From IMG/VR virus record IMGVR_UViG_3300021387_000075: 64,000 nucleotides of DNA; one strand, 5' to 3'. Each line of letters opens with the position of its first letter. The first letter of the stretch is position 1. The notes under the pieces were generated by a model that worked only from the letters and a program-made list of their open reading frames with translations, did no database searches and had not been told where the DNA came from. Below are positions 1 to 12,635 of the stretch, in pieces. A program made the position numbers and the translations under genes. Source of the DNA: a virus. Lineage: Duplodnaviria; Caudoviricetes.

Positions 1-55
1 ATAAATAAACCTTATTATCGGGAGTCTTTATCTAACTAATATATCCATCAGCCAT
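1..55 (-). CDS. N-terminus of tail-associated protein (runs off window)
   Basis: RBS GGAGGTGG at 61-69; with TAG=Q reads MADGYIS[Q]IKTPDNKVYL, matching the ISQI start of the neighbouring gene. Confidence 0.6.
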
Positions 56-70
56 TTAGGCCACCTCCCT

Positions 71-1174
71 TTAACTTGGATGCGTTACCGTAATAGTAGT
101 ACTATTATTTAATCCGGCGCCGGTAGTTGGAGTACCTAAAGCAGTAATGGCATTCTTAGTGTCTTTAGAATTCCAAGCCACCCCTACATTAGTTTTTTGA
201 CTCGGAGTCGCGCCGGTAGTTACCTATACACGCCCTGTTGCAGTCGCGGAGTTAGCGGCCAGAGTGATAGCTGGGGCATTGAATGTTGCACCGGAGCCCA
301 TCGCGCTTGAAGTACTTGGTGTTCCTAATCCAGTTAGCGCATCCTTAGAAGTTTTTACGCTTACTGCGGTTACTACTGAACTTCCAGTTCCTGAAGAAGT
401 AATAGACCCAGTTGCTACTGTAGTACTGTCTGAAGCGGCAGTAGGAATTGTTAAAGTAGTAGAACCAATAGTTAATACTTCTCCAGTTACTGAGGCAGTA
501 TTCAATACGCCAGGAGAAGAACTGCCACTTACACCTTTGATTGTAGTTGTTACTAATTTATTAGTACTAGTAACATTTAATTCCTATACAAAACTGTCTT
601 TGCTAGGATTCGCATAACCAGTAACCGCGTTAAAAGCTTTATTGTCATCAACAGTAGGTTTAGCAGAAGTTGCTCCTAAGTATGTCTAAGACAAGTTATT
701 GTATGTCGGCTGGGTTACAGTAAATGTTGAATTCGCACCAATAACATCTGCTTTAGTTACATCATTGTATCCAGTTACAAAATTAGTTGTCTATTTATTT
801 AAAGTAACATCAGTTACAATAGCTGTTAGTTTAATCTAAGTATCGCCAATTTTTTCCCAACTATAAGTATAATTAGGATCAGTTCCTGCTCGGACTGTAA
901 CATATTCGTCATATATATCTAATAAAGTGGGGTCTTGTTGGGAAGAAGATTTGACTAAATAAAATTTCCCTAAGGTGCTTGCACTTGCGGTCAAAGTGCC
1001 GGTCACTGTTCCCGCGACTACTCCAGCAGGTACATTGGCTGCGACTGCTGTACCGGTACCATTCCAAGCAATTACAAAGACGCCATTTATGGCTGAACGC
1101 GCGGTTGCATCTTTTATATTATAAGTATTACCGCCGGGTAAAGTAATTTGAGAAATATCTCCGACTACTGCCAT
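71..1174 (-). CDS. Thr/Ser-rich tail fibre-like protein (367 aa, TAG=Gln)
   Basis: ORFs 836-1174 and 224-505 are in one frame, separated by TAGs where checked; ends TAA. Confidence 0.7.
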
Positions 1175-1190
1175 TGTTTTTCACTTCCTT

Positions 1191-1826
1191 TTATGAGCGA
1201 TTGAAAATAAGATTTTCATTATTTATCTCGCAGTTAATTTTATTATTCCAAAAAGTGCGCTCCGCACTTGTAATATGCCGTACTTCATCATGAACATGGT
1301 TATCTAAAGTTTTTCTAATATCGTCTCCAACAAATGGAGAATCAGTAATAGCATTTATTCCATTACTAATTTTAATACCGGGCACTACAATTGTATCATC
1401 ATTTTCATTAGTATAAGTAGATGCATCAGTATAGATACAAATCGTTCCTTCTGGCGCGACATAACTTGTATGACTTAGCCATTCCGCCGTAGTTCCAATC
1501 ATTATATTTTTACCGGTAATGTCTCCTACTAACTCCCATCTAGTACCGGTATAAATAAATGTATAGATATTACCTTCCGATAACATATTCGCGCCAATTG
1601 CTATTCCATTATAATAAATAGCTTTCGCGCCAGTATTATTAACATTTAAAGTTGCATTCGCGCCAACGGTTCCTACTTTCAAATTGACATATACACCTGC
1701 TGCCAATTCAAAATTACTAATTGCGGCGGTAAGTGCTGTGCTTGTACCGCCCGCAGTAGTAAATAAAATTGGCTCAATTAGGTGCGTGCTATTATCATTT
1801 AACTATACAGAATGTATATATCCCAT
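1191..1826 (-). CDS. tail fibre-related protein (211 aa, TAG=Gln)
   Basis: RBS GGTGAGG then MGYIHSV[Q]LND; ATLNVNNTGAKAIYY motif typical of fibre proteins. Confidence 0.7.
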
Positions 1827-1840
1827 TTACCTCACCGCCA

Positions 1841-2911
1841 TTATGGAGTTGCGCTATTATCAGGCACAACTACTGTAGTGGGTGTTACTGTTAGAGAGGG
1901 TAATGTTCCTACACTTGTTATATTAGGTACTGACCTAGCTTCATAGGCTAAAGTGGGTACTGTGCTATTAGTTAAACGTAATACTCCTTGATTTACAGTA
2001 GCATCAGAAGCGGTGCCTGCTTTCCAATCAGTGATATCATCCGCTGTGATTGCGTCTCCTAGAGTTGGAAGCGTACCTGCATTTAATGTACCGGCACTAC
2101 CAATAACAGTAGTACTAGACTTTAATGCATAGCTGCCCTCATCACCTAGTAAAATCCATTGAGAATTTGCGGCATTATTACCCTTAGAATATACATATTC
2201 CTTATCTCCTACTAATAATACATCGCCAGCTACATAATTCTCATAACTTGTTTGCGCGTCAGGCAGAATTGGATGTCCTTCTGCGTCTTGCGCTGGAGTT
2301 TCCCCAATAAAGTGCATTGGCGCAGTTAGGTCTGTTAATCCTTGTGCGATGTTATCAACATAATTCTTTGTTGCTGCGCCCATTGCAGAAGTAGGATCAG
2401 CATCTAATATAACTGGACCCGTAAATGTCCCACCGCTTTTTGGCATTGCTTGATCCGCTTTCTGTCCCTGTGCGGCAGTAGCAAAAGCACTTGTGTCCTC
2501 ATATGCGGCTGAACCTAATCCATGTACTGCGACTTCTTCGCCTGCAACTTTAATAGTACCATCAGTGGTACCTTCCTATACTAAAATACTATGATTAGCA
2601 TACCATACTGTGCCGCTGCCAGTTTGAGACAATGTAAATGCTATTACATCATCAGCTGCGCAAACGCAGTTTCCCACAACTGGGAATGGATTGGTACTGC
2701 CAACTTTCAATGTAACTCCTGTAGTAACAGAATTACCATTTTCAAATCTAACTTGTACTGTAATGCCATGCATAATAGCATCAAAGTCTGGTAGCGTTAC
2801 TTCCTTTGCGGCCTGGTTTGCCGCGACAGAACAGACGCCATAAAGTGTTGAACCTACTAGTACCTAATCACCAGTGGCTCCTATCTATACTTTACCAATA
2901 TAACTTGCCAT
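1841..2911 (-). CDS. tail fibre-related protein (356 aa, TAG=Gln)
   Basis: Joins ORFs 2576-2773 and 1841-2446; GGTFTGPVIL..AATKNYVD fibre repeat. Confidence 0.7.
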
Positions 2912-2914
2912 TTA

Positions 2915-3454
2915 TTATTCCTCCTTAGTAACGTCTGTTACTACTGTTTTCTTTTCCCAAAGTAGCTCTGGCAATAAGCCATTACTTACTTTAAACACAT
3001 TATTCTCCACAGATGCTTTGGTTGTAACCCCTGGAAGCCAGCTAACTACGCTTCCAACAGTTGTTTGCTTCACATCAAAATTGAAATTAGAAAGCTACGC
3101 ATATCCACTCGCGGGCGAATAATGATATATTCTTTTTGTCTCTAAATCCACATATAACTTATCTTCGGAACCCGGTGACGGAAACGCCGCGAAGTTTTCC
3201 TTCTTAACAATTTCAGTCTCATTTCCATTAAGGGTTCCTGCATCTATAAATGGGAGATTTACTACATTAGTATTCCCATCTCCAACCTTTAAACGAGAAA
3301 AAGGGTGAGTTGCGTCTGCACTATAGACGATCAACTCACCCGCAAGCGGTACGAAACCCGCAGACCCGTCCCTAGGACCGGCCTTATTCCAATTGGCTTC
3401 GGTATCGCTTTTCAACCGAATTCTCGTCTTTATGGTATTATTTGCTGTTGCCAT
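2915..3454 (-). CDS. Mtd_N/hyaluronidase-N-like tail protein (179 aa)
   Basis: KTRIRLKSDTEANW..GELIVY..LKVGDG motif; reads through TAG at 3095 to TAA. Confidence 0.7.
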
Positions 3455-3486
3455 ATAAAGACCTCCTTGCTATCGTTCCAAGCAAG

Positions 3487-5244
3487 TTAAATAACTTCTG
3501 TACTGTTGCCACAGTCTAGAATAACATATGTATCTGCCGTTTGTAATAAGCTACTAATATTTCCTGTTACCGCTATATGCGATAACTATAACTTTTTATT
3601 AATCTATTCTACTTCCTATTTTCCATTTCCAAGAGGTACTTGCGCGCCTTCGAGAACATTTAAATTTAAAGCCGCCTAATCTAATACTATTCTTACTTCC
3701 TTATTAGCGTTAGGCGCCCATTCAACGTTGTTTAAGAAAATAGCCTCAATTTTATTTTCATGCTCAGTATGAGGATCAGAAACAATATTTATTACCTTAT
3801 TTTCATCAGGAACAAGCTCTTCTCCGTCATACTTAATTTTTTCAATTTTATTAACTTGCGCTTCTGCTTGAATTCCTTCTAACTTCGCGCGCGAACTATC
3901 ATCAAATTCTTTTATCTATAAATCTACTGCACGATCTAAATTATTTACTGTAGCAGGAGGAACTTCATTACCATTCACTAGAATATGTTCAATAGAATTG
4001 CGTTGCGCTCCTTCTTCTATTTCATCAAGCTTTTGCTTTAATTCATCAGTAAAATCATTAGAGGTTAAAGATTTTCCTTCTACTTTATCTACTTTAGTAC
4101 TAAAAGTAGTATCTAATCCTGCAATTTTGCTCTGCTAAATTTCTGCTTCGGCATCAATATCTGCATCACGAATACTACCTTTAATAGCATAGCTGCCTTC
4201 GTCGCCTAGTAAGCGCCAATTGCTCCCAGTCCAAACATATTCTTTCTGTTCGGATAAAATTACATCTCCTGGCTACGCCTAAGAAAATAAATAACCACCA
4301 ATACGAGGATCAATACTGCTATTATTAGTAATTACAACACTTGCTTCGCCAATAAAATGCATTGCCCCAGTAATTCCAGAAGTTGCATTATCAACATACG
4401 CTTTAATTACTGAATTAGGAACTAAATAATTATTAGAAGCAATGCTGTCTGCAATAGGAATTAACCTAACCGCATCCGTACCATTACCAACTAAAACGCT
4501 ATCCTCTGTTAAGGATGAACGCCCTGTTCCACCCTAGCTCACTGCAGCAACGCCAGTTAAGTCTTCAAATGTTGGGCGAGCACGCTCTACACTAACCTAT
4601 CCATTCTCCTAGACAACGGCTGTAACAAACTAATGTTCTCGCGCGACATCTGCGTTCTAAATTAAACTTAATATATACTGTACTTGTACATATACACGAT
4701 TTAGTAAGGTAGGATAATCTTCTATATTATTGCGCCCAATCCAATTAACAACAGCAGTTAAGTCACTTAAATCAATATAATTACTAGTGTCTAAAATCCA
4801 AGGTGAATCTTCATTATTTTCTTTATAACGCAGATAATATTTATCTATATTTTCATCAGTACCCCGTGTAAGCTAATAAATTCGCGGCGCGATATTAACA
4901 TCCACATCGCCGCCAACTAAATTTTCTACGAAACTTTGTAGTCCTTCAATTTCCTACGCACTATATGATGGCTTATAGGATGCTTTCGCCCAATTATATA
5001 CATCTGCGGCGATTGCCTACACCCATGGTAATTCACTAAAATAGTGCGTACCATCACCTATTTTAATACCAATAGCAGGAGGCGTGTTTTCTGGCCTACC
5101 GTTAGAAAGAGTTTCTATAATACGATTGTTGGGGAAAGCGCATATAGCGGCTTCCCCTTGCATCAGAATAACATCACTATTCATCCACTAGCTATAAGTA
5201 CCATATCGTAGCTATATTTTAGTTTCTAGTATATGATCCGCCAT
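3487..5244 (-). CDS. Mtd_N-like tail/receptor-binding protein (585 aa, TAG-rich, absent from ORF track)
   Basis: RBS AGGAGGTG; MADHILETKI[Q]LRYGTYS[Q]W..GEAA..IKIGDG; length in frame to TAA. Confidence 0.65.
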
Positions 5245-5261
5245 TGCGCTTCACCTCCTTA

Positions 5262-5987
5262 TTATGCAGTACCTCCATAAATAACTAATGTATCTCCAGT
5301 AGGTACATATAACTTGGAGGTTGAAACTTGATCAAAAGTCATAAAACCAGTATTCTAAACTATTATGTAGTCCTGATCGGTCATTACCTTACCTTCTTGG
5401 TCCAAGGGTGCAGATTTAACTCCACCTAAACGGACGTTTGTAGCTACTTCTAAAGTAAAAGTACCAGAACCATCACCTGTTGCGCCAACCATATCCCAAG
5501 CGCCATTAATGACCATATATTCATCGTAGTGCGTACCATCAGAAGCAAGCATCATATATAATGTATTTTCATCTGCTTCTGCGGCAGGCGGCAATTCCTC
5601 AACTACTGCGCGCCTTAAGTGATTCGCGGCAAGAATCTAATCATCTACATATTGCTTATTAACAGCATCAGTAGGATTAACTGGTGGATCGGTAATTGTT
5701 AAATGTTCAATTGCATCTCCTGCAATTGCAGATATTACTTCTAGATTTTCAGTAAACTCATCGCTGAAGGTTAAGGAGCCATCCGCAAGAAGTTTAAAAT
5801 AGCGAGTGTCTAGTTTATTTAAATAGGGCAAATGGGCCCAATCTCGCACACCATCGCCTATTTTTAATAAGAAGGTATCAGACTCAAGGCCATATTCACC
5901 CGCAGCAAGGACCGGATTTCTAGTAAGCCAATCCTATGCTTCATCATGCCTAATTTGTAAAGTAACTTTTACTGTATTGGTTGCCAT
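5262..5987 (-). CDS. Mtd_N-like tail protein (241 aa)
   Basis: LQIRHDEA[Q]DWLTRNPVLAAGEYGLESDT..KIGDG; joins ORFs 5637-5849 and 5355-5594. Confidence 0.7.
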
Positions 5988-6457
5988 CAAGCCTCACCTC
6001 CATTTACAATTGTTTCTGCAATTAACATTGCATTTACTGGTATATATTCATTATCCCAATAATATAAGATCTTTTCATTAAGATCAAAATATAGCATATC
6101 TTGTTTTCCAGTAGCAGGAAATTTATCAAAGGTATCAAATAAAATTTCTTTTCTGTTGGTTTCAAGATATGAGCCAAAATATTTATAAAATTCTTCGCGG
6201 CTGCCTGTATATCCACTTCCTGCGGCGAAAGCAAATAGCCAATCGCCCATAATCGCCAAATTCTACATTTCCCAAGGATAGATTTGCGCGATAGCTGATG
6301 GATCGGGAAATGGTGGCATTAAGGCGCCACTATCATTATTATTTCCCCAAGGATAAACCATTGCAAGCCCTCCGGCGCGAGGGTGCAATGGCATTATAGA
6401 GGGCTCGTATTCGAGTAAAAGATCTCTTGTTCTATGCCGTGTGTCTATATATCTCAT
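5987..6457 (-). CDS. hypothetical structural protein (156 aa)
   Basis: ORFs 6263-6457 and 5987-6259 joined through one TAG. Confidence 0.6.
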
Positions 6458-6813
6458 GCGAATTCCCTCACTTCACAGGTTGGAAGAGAGAATGCGGAAT
6501 AGTAGGAATTTATTGATACTCCATCAATGGGGATTCCATTTTCATCAGATTTAGATGGCTCATGAAAAATTTTAACATCCCACTAATACCGATCACTTGG
6601 TTCAATTTCTATTGTATCCGCGCGCGTGAAATTGAAGTTTAATTCATTTCCCTCAACCGTCTATGATATTGATTTTAATACTTCCCTTGTTAACGGATCA
6701 TATATATAAAAGACTGCAACATCCCCTTGCTCTGTCCCGGGAAGTAAAGGAAGAGTAAATGTCCCCGTATCGCCGCGTGGTATAATTAGACGTCGCTATA
6801 TTACTCTAATCAT
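6454..6813 (-). CDS. BppU-like/Ig-fold baseplate-associated protein (119 aa)
   Basis: MIRVI[Q]RRLIIPRGDTGTFTL N-terminal pattern; in frame to TGA. Confidence 0.5.
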
Positions 6814-6825
6814 ATTATCACCGCC

Positions 6826-7362
6826 TTATTTGTATTTCTTATGCAGGTTTTCTGATATTGTAAGTACACTTCCAATATCATAACCTAATGTTTCTAACTT
6901 TATCCATTTCTTTTCGGCCCAAACTAACTCCTCATCTACATCGCAAATGAGGCATTCAATTTCTAATGCGGCCGCAACCTCGCCAATGGAACAAAGTTCC
7001 TATCTCATAGCCTAATATAAAACCTTAGTTTCTTTTTCCCAATTTACCCATTTAGTCATTAGTTCTTTTACCGCATTGCGCTTAGTGCCAATATCAACAT
7101 CAGGTGTCGTATATTTATACCAACTATCTGGTATTATTTGCGGCTAATCTAACTTATTCAACTAAATTAATTTATGATAATGTGTTGCATAGTAATGAGA
7201 AAGCTTCCTATAATTCTTAGTCTCGCAAATATGATGATAATCATGACATCGTGCGAAACCGCTTAAGCCTAGGAAATCATATGCTTTAGCCATATCATCA
7301 TGATACATGATACCTTCTACCATATGCGAAGCGAGCTTATTAAAAATCTCTTCAACTGTCAT
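6826..7362 (-). CDS. ferritin-like helical protein (178 aa)
   Basis: His/Glu-rich helices (EGIMYHDD, WEKETK, DVDEEL); extended through TAGs to TAA. Confidence 0.55.
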
Positions 7363-7379
7363 GATATGTCCTCCACTTA

Positions 7380-7793
7380 TTAACGGATTTGGGTTATAAC
7401 CACATTAATATGGGCGTCTGTTAGAGCAGTATCTCCATTCATAAATGTTAAAGTCGTTGGAGTAGTAAGATAATTACAATTACAATTATTTTCTAATACG
7501 CGGACAAAAGTCTTAAAGCCAAAAGTACGAGTATCGGTTACTGCGGCAGGAACAAATGTAGTAATAGCCTGTGGTTGCGCTACATTGTTAACTTGTAGCT
7601 AAACTGATACCTCAGTCGCAGCGTCTGGCGTAGCAAAGCCATCCATTTCTACTAGATAAATTCCACGCTTTTCAAGCGCAATAGTAGATGGGCTGCTTAG
7701 ACGCTCGCCGCATCCTTTATCTACAACTACGTTGTTAAAGACAAATGGAGCATTAGCTTCAACAGCTAAGTTACTAGAATATACTTGTAACAT
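7380..7793 (-). CDS. BclA C-terminal/C1q-like beta protein (137 aa)
   Basis: FVFNN..IALEKRGIYLV..V[Q]LQVNNVAQPQA pattern. Confidence 0.5.
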
Positions 7794-7885
7794 TGGACAT
7801 TACCTCCGTTAATAAAAAAATAAGGGCGTACTAATAGTACGCCCATTAAATCGTATATTATGGTGTACTATATACACTCTTAAAA

Positions 7886-8518
7886 TTACATATTACACCC
7901 GCCACAGAAAGGAGAATTTCCGGCGTTATAGGTCCAACCATTGGGATAACGGACTACTCCTTGTAGCTGATTTTGAAGCTCTAGCTGATTAATACGATTC
8001 TGCATAGCTTCCATCTTGTCGTCCTTAATCATGTCTTTTAGACTCTGGATCTAAGCAGTGAAGTTTGCATTGGTAGCAGCATCGCGCATTGCGGCATCAT
8101 AGTTATTCTGCATTAGCTGCGCGCGTAAGTTGCAGCAACATTCGTTCTGATTAGCTAATAAATTAGCCTGTCCAACTTGTAGAGCAGCGATATCACGTTG
8201 AAGTTCACCATACTTATCATAGATACCAGCCATAATGTCATGATATACCTGATTAGTAGTAGCTACGGCCTGAGAAGTGCCATAATTAATGGCGTTCATG
8301 ATATCACGATTCTGATCCTGAAGATCATTAAAGTTGAAACCATTCTGTACGAAATCTTGAGTAGCGTATTGAGGACGATAACCGCCGCCAAATCCAAATC
8401 CGCCGCCCATCATTGCTAAAATAGCAAAGAGCCAAATCATTCCGCCCCAGCCATTTCCGCCCATGCCATCGTTATTGAGTAGAGCTACATCAGAAGCTGT
8501 TAATCCATTTTCTCCCAT
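7886..8518 (-). CDS. Gly-rich membrane segment + coiled-coil/CCC protein (210 aa)
   Basis: RBS AGGAGG; MGENG..GWGGMIWLFAILAMMGGGFG..NECCCN..FCGGCNM. Confidence 0.7.
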
Positions 8519-8760
8519 GATACACCATCCTCCTTTTAAATTATTTTTGTAAAATGATGTTATAAAGGGATTTGATGAGAAACTTCCCATCAAAAATAAA
8601 GTGGGAGTATAATGAAAAGTTTTAGATAGTTTCTCTCAGGAGGTAAAAAAAATAAGTGCGAATTTTATTCGCACTTAAAATTAAGCAGTTCGCTTAAAAG
8701 AAAATTTATTACACAATGAATCTAGCATTAATATATGGAGTATCCATATCATAATACCAA

Positions 8761-9045
8761 TTATTGAAAATTGATAGATAATAAAATATCAATATGATCA
8801 TCTACTAAATTTTCATTAATAGATACAAGATTAGCCTAAATACTCTTTAAATCATAAATTACATCTTCATTATGTATAATTTGTATTTCAGTAATACCGC
8901 TTAGTCCAATATTCTATAATCCAGTTATATCAGTTGTAACCACCTAACAATTACAAGTACCAGTCATTGTGTTTTCACTAAAATTAGTGTACTTATTGAA
9001 GCTAATTACTTCACACTGGAAGTCATTTAATTTTAAATAATTCAT
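8761..9045 (-). CDS. hypothetical protein (94 aa)
   Basis: RBS AGGAGG; open with TAG=Q, ends TAA. Confidence 0.55.
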
Positions 9046-9046
9046 A

Positions 9047-9343
9047 TTATCCTCCTTGAAGCTTATTCATAAGCTCACTTAAATTAATTCCATTATCACG
9101 CGCCATTTGCCTAGCAACACCTTCCAGTCCATTCGGATTCATCTTCATCATTGCGGCAATTTGCGCGAATTGTGGGTTATTTTGTATCATTTGCTTCAAC
9201 ATAGCTTCCTTATTAGAAGCCATCTATAACTATTGCATCATCATGCGTGCTTGTGCCGTTGCTTGGTCAAGTTGCGGTGTCCACCCCGACTGTTGCTGGG
9301 GCATTGGTGCTCCGTTTCGCATTTGATTTATTAGATTTGGCAT
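9047..9343 (-). CDS. Gln/Met-rich small protein (98 aa)
   Basis: MPNLINQMRNG..MMMQ[Q]L[Q]M..QNNPQF. Confidence 0.65.
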
Positions 9344-9683
9344 TTATCCATTCCTCCACGGCCGCGAGACGTGCGGCTAAATCGTTAGTATCTACTGGCT
9401 ACGGCTTCTAATGTAAGCTAATATCAAAGCCAGTTATTGTTTTATTGCCATGCATATCAGTCCGAATCCACCATACCATATCTTCTATGGCATCTGGCAA
9501 CCAAATTTCACTATTTGGGCCCATAGGAAATTGCCATGCGGCATTTTCACCTTGAAGTGGATCTGCTTTATAAACGGGCAAACGGCTTGGTTGCCATTGC
9601 TATTGATATGGACTAAAATTAATACCGCCCATCTGGTATTGATTCTAATTCTAATTCTAATTCTAATTTACAAAACTATTCAT
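9267..9683 (-). CDS. Asn/Gln-rich protein (138 aa)
   Basis: RBS GGAGG; (AAT TAG)x4 AAT CAA reads NQNQNQNQNQ. Confidence 0.65.
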
Positions 9684-9686
9684 TGT

Positions 9687-9947
9687 TTAATCCTCCAACT
9701 TGTCTAGTATTTGTAAAATATCTTTTAACTTATATTTAAGTTCAGATAAATCTGTTTTAGCCTGTTCAACTAAAAACTTTGACATCATCCATCCAGTCTG
9801 CTATCCATTTATTTTAATTTCAGACCATTCCCCATCCTCTTTTAGAACATCTACAATTGTGCCCTATTTAATAGAATCAATGATGCGCCCGTTAGGATGC
9901 TCGCGCAACCTAACGGGACTATTGTTATCAGCCTTCACTATCTTCAT
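9687..9947 (-). CDS. SH3b cell-wall-binding domain protein (86 aa)
   Basis: VRLREHPNG..GEWSEI..GWMMSKFL. Confidence 0.7.
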
Positions 9948-10254
9948 TTTTCTTTTCCTTGTTCATTTCGTATACTTGCTCTTCAATGGTCGCGCTTACA
10001 ACGTCTTCATCGAAAGTAAGTTTGTACTTGGCAAGTAGCTGTTTAACTAAATCCATAGCATAGGTTTTCTTATCCTTACCTGTGGTCAATTCAATAATCT
10101 ATTCCGCGGCAGAAACTGCAATGCGAGAGAACTGACGCAACATTTGAAGTTGTTCTGGGTCTAGTTTAGACGCGATCCAAGGACGAATTACGCCCACATA
10201 AATACCGCCAAGCATGATTACGAATCCAATTATAATCCAAGTTACATCTGTCAT
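9928..10254 (-). CDS. phage holin, LL-H family (108 aa)
   Basis: N-terminal TM helix, AVSAAE[Q] and GKDKK.YA motifs. Confidence 0.8.
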
Positions 10255-10311
10255 ATTCGTAACCTCCTTTTTTCTTTTATTATATCACATTTTATTGTAA
10301 TTGTCAAATAT

Positions 10312-11106
10312 TTAAGTTATATCAAGAAACTTCGTCATCATATATCCTGATTTACCCTGATAAGTTACACGAGTCCATTCTCCCTCAATAACCTAAACAC
10401 GTTGTCCTTTATCTACGCGGGTAAGTATCGTAGCAGTAGTTGAAGGTGCAGAACGTAATGCTACTTTTGTAGCATTTACTAAGGCACTACCAATATTAAC
10501 GGAGCTTTCTTTCTCTTCTGCGGGCGTTTGTGCGGGAGTATCCTTAGAACTGGCGCTATAATTTACACCTTTAAGTTCGCCCCATTCACACCATTTTTTA
10601 TTTGTAATATCAGAAGTAATTACACCCACCTAAGTACCAGATGCTTCTATTACTTTTCCATTTCCAATATAAAGTCCTACATGGGAACGGTCAGATGTGC
10701 CTTTTAAAACAAATACGGCTGTACCTGGTTTTAATTCTTTTCCATCTGAGCGTTTTCCGCCTACTAATTTACCCTAAGCAGTACAATATTTATCCCACAT
10801 TGTATTACTACCATGATACATAAAACCGCCTAGTTCTTTAAAAGACCAAGTAAATAATCCGGAACAGTCAGTTACATAATGTCCAACCCACTTAGAGCCA
10901 TATCGTGCGGCGGAATAATACTTACTTTTCTTCGCAGATTCATTATTCATCCAACCCTCGCCATAATTAGTCATCATGTACTATACTTTTTGATTTTGTA
11001 AAGCAGTAGTCCATTTTGTATGAGTTGCGCCTAAAATATAACCCCATTTATTATCTAGGGCGTATTGAAACTTTGCAATTAAATCAGCCGTTCTGATCTC
11101 CGACAT
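10312..11106 (-). CDS. endolysin, NlpC/P60 peptidase + SH3b (264 aa)
   Basis: WGYILG, DCSGLF (catalytic Cys), SHVGLYIGNG (His), C-terminal ALRSAPS..GYMMTKFL; joined through TAGs. Confidence 0.85.
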
Positions 11107-11431
11107 CTTCTTCACCTTCCTCTTCCTCTTCTGCGTTTGAGGAAGTTAATTTTGAAATTAAACTTTTAAATCCACCCTTGTCTAACCATTTTAAGACAAA
11201 TTTATCACTATAAAGGTACTTTTCTCCAAGTGAATTTACTAGGTAAGTACCCTCATTTATCATCATAATTGTGTCTAGACCCGCAATAGTAGAAACAAGC
11301 GCTTCTGCGGCAGATGGCACTAGGGCGGCCGCAATGATTACAGAAAAACGGTACAATGCCCATACCCAACATATAAATTTACTAAGCCGCTTGCTATACT
11401 ATAATGCTGCGGCCGCAACCTTACCTGCCAT
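11084..11431 (-). CDS. membrane protein, possible second holin (115 aa)
   Basis: Hydrophobic segments, acidic tail, directly upstream of the endolysin. Confidence 0.5.
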
Positions 11432-11436
11432 ATAAA

Positions 11437-11859
11437 TCACCTCAATTTATAATGGGGTTTTTCTTCCCCTAAGAATCTCCAACGAAGCCAATCGTCTAAT
11501 AGTATACATAATGTAGAAAGTACAAGCCATATTAAGCAGAAAGGTAAGCTACATTGGCCCCAAAAGAATTCAAACTTTGTATATTGCCATATATTTAAGC
11601 GTAACAGAATGTTTAGAATTACGCCTGCAACAGCATCACTAAAAATTGCTACGCCCAGCCCAATAGTAGCTTGCTAAAAAATTGGCATTTCCCAATGAAT
11701 TTTTCCATTAATATCTCCAATTAAAAAGCCAATAATTCCGCCAAGCGCGAAAATTGTCCAATGCGCTGGCGCACCTTTCCAAATACTTTCTAGTCCATAA
11801 TAAATTAAACCAAATATGATAAATAAAATTAAGTTTTTAATAAAAATCTTAAGTTTCAT
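11437..11859 (-). CDS. multi-pass membrane protein, DUF1113/CmpB-like (140 aa)
   Basis: YYGLESIWKG..HW..LGG..IWQY..GQCSLPF motifs. Confidence 0.65.
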
Positions 11860-12587
11860 TAGCCAATCACCTTCAATACTTCAGTTTTATATTCGTCAGG
11901 AATTGGAGTACCATAAGTAATTGCGGAAATTTCCTCTATTGTTTCAAGGGAATTAATATATGCTTTTAATGCATTGTAATATGTGGTATGGTAAATTTTA
12001 TGATTATTCATTGCGGCAATAATTGTATTGATTTCAGCCGCGGTATAATAAATACATTGTTCTCCATCGGCATGGTATGGAATAATATCAGAGGTTTGTG
12101 CCATTGTACTTAGACTCATTAGATTAAGTTGATCCTAAGTTGTAAATGAGAAATGGCGTTTTTCTCCTTTGACTTCAATATCAACACCGTTTTCTATGGC
12201 TTTGCGGCATTCATAGGACATTTCGGAAAGTTTGGATTGACGTACAAAATCTATAGTCCCGTCATCCGGAATTAATGGTTCTTCATTATAATTCGGCCAT
12301 TCAGTATCTTCTTCATCAATAATAACTTCATCATGCTAAATTGCTTGCATGAAAATATTATATTCCTCTTCAGTAATTGCTGTTACCTAAACTTGAATAT
12401 AATTTTCGGGCAGTTTTGTTGGAGACATCCAAGTGTCTCGATATAGTTTATTCTAAAATGAAATATATTCACCATGTTCTTCAGTCGTATGCAAATAACA
12501 ATCTACTACAGGAGAATAGTAAATAAAGTCATTAGAACTTGCCGCCCCTACTATTTGTTGATCTTTAATTAATTTAAAATATTTCAT
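11859..12587 (-). CDS. DUF4376-like tail-associated protein (242 aa)
   Basis: YHADGEQC..YHTTYYNALKAYINSL motif; extended upstream through TAGs to RBS GGAGG. Confidence 0.65.
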
Positions 12588-12600
12588 TTAAATACCTCCA

Positions 12601-12628
12601 AAAAGGAGGCAACATTGCTGTTGCCTCC
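12601..12628 (-). terminator. intrinsic terminator after giant gene
   Basis: GGAGGCAACAGCAATGTTGCCTCC followed by TTTT on the minus strand. Confidence 0.55.
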
Positions 12629-12635
12629 TATTATA

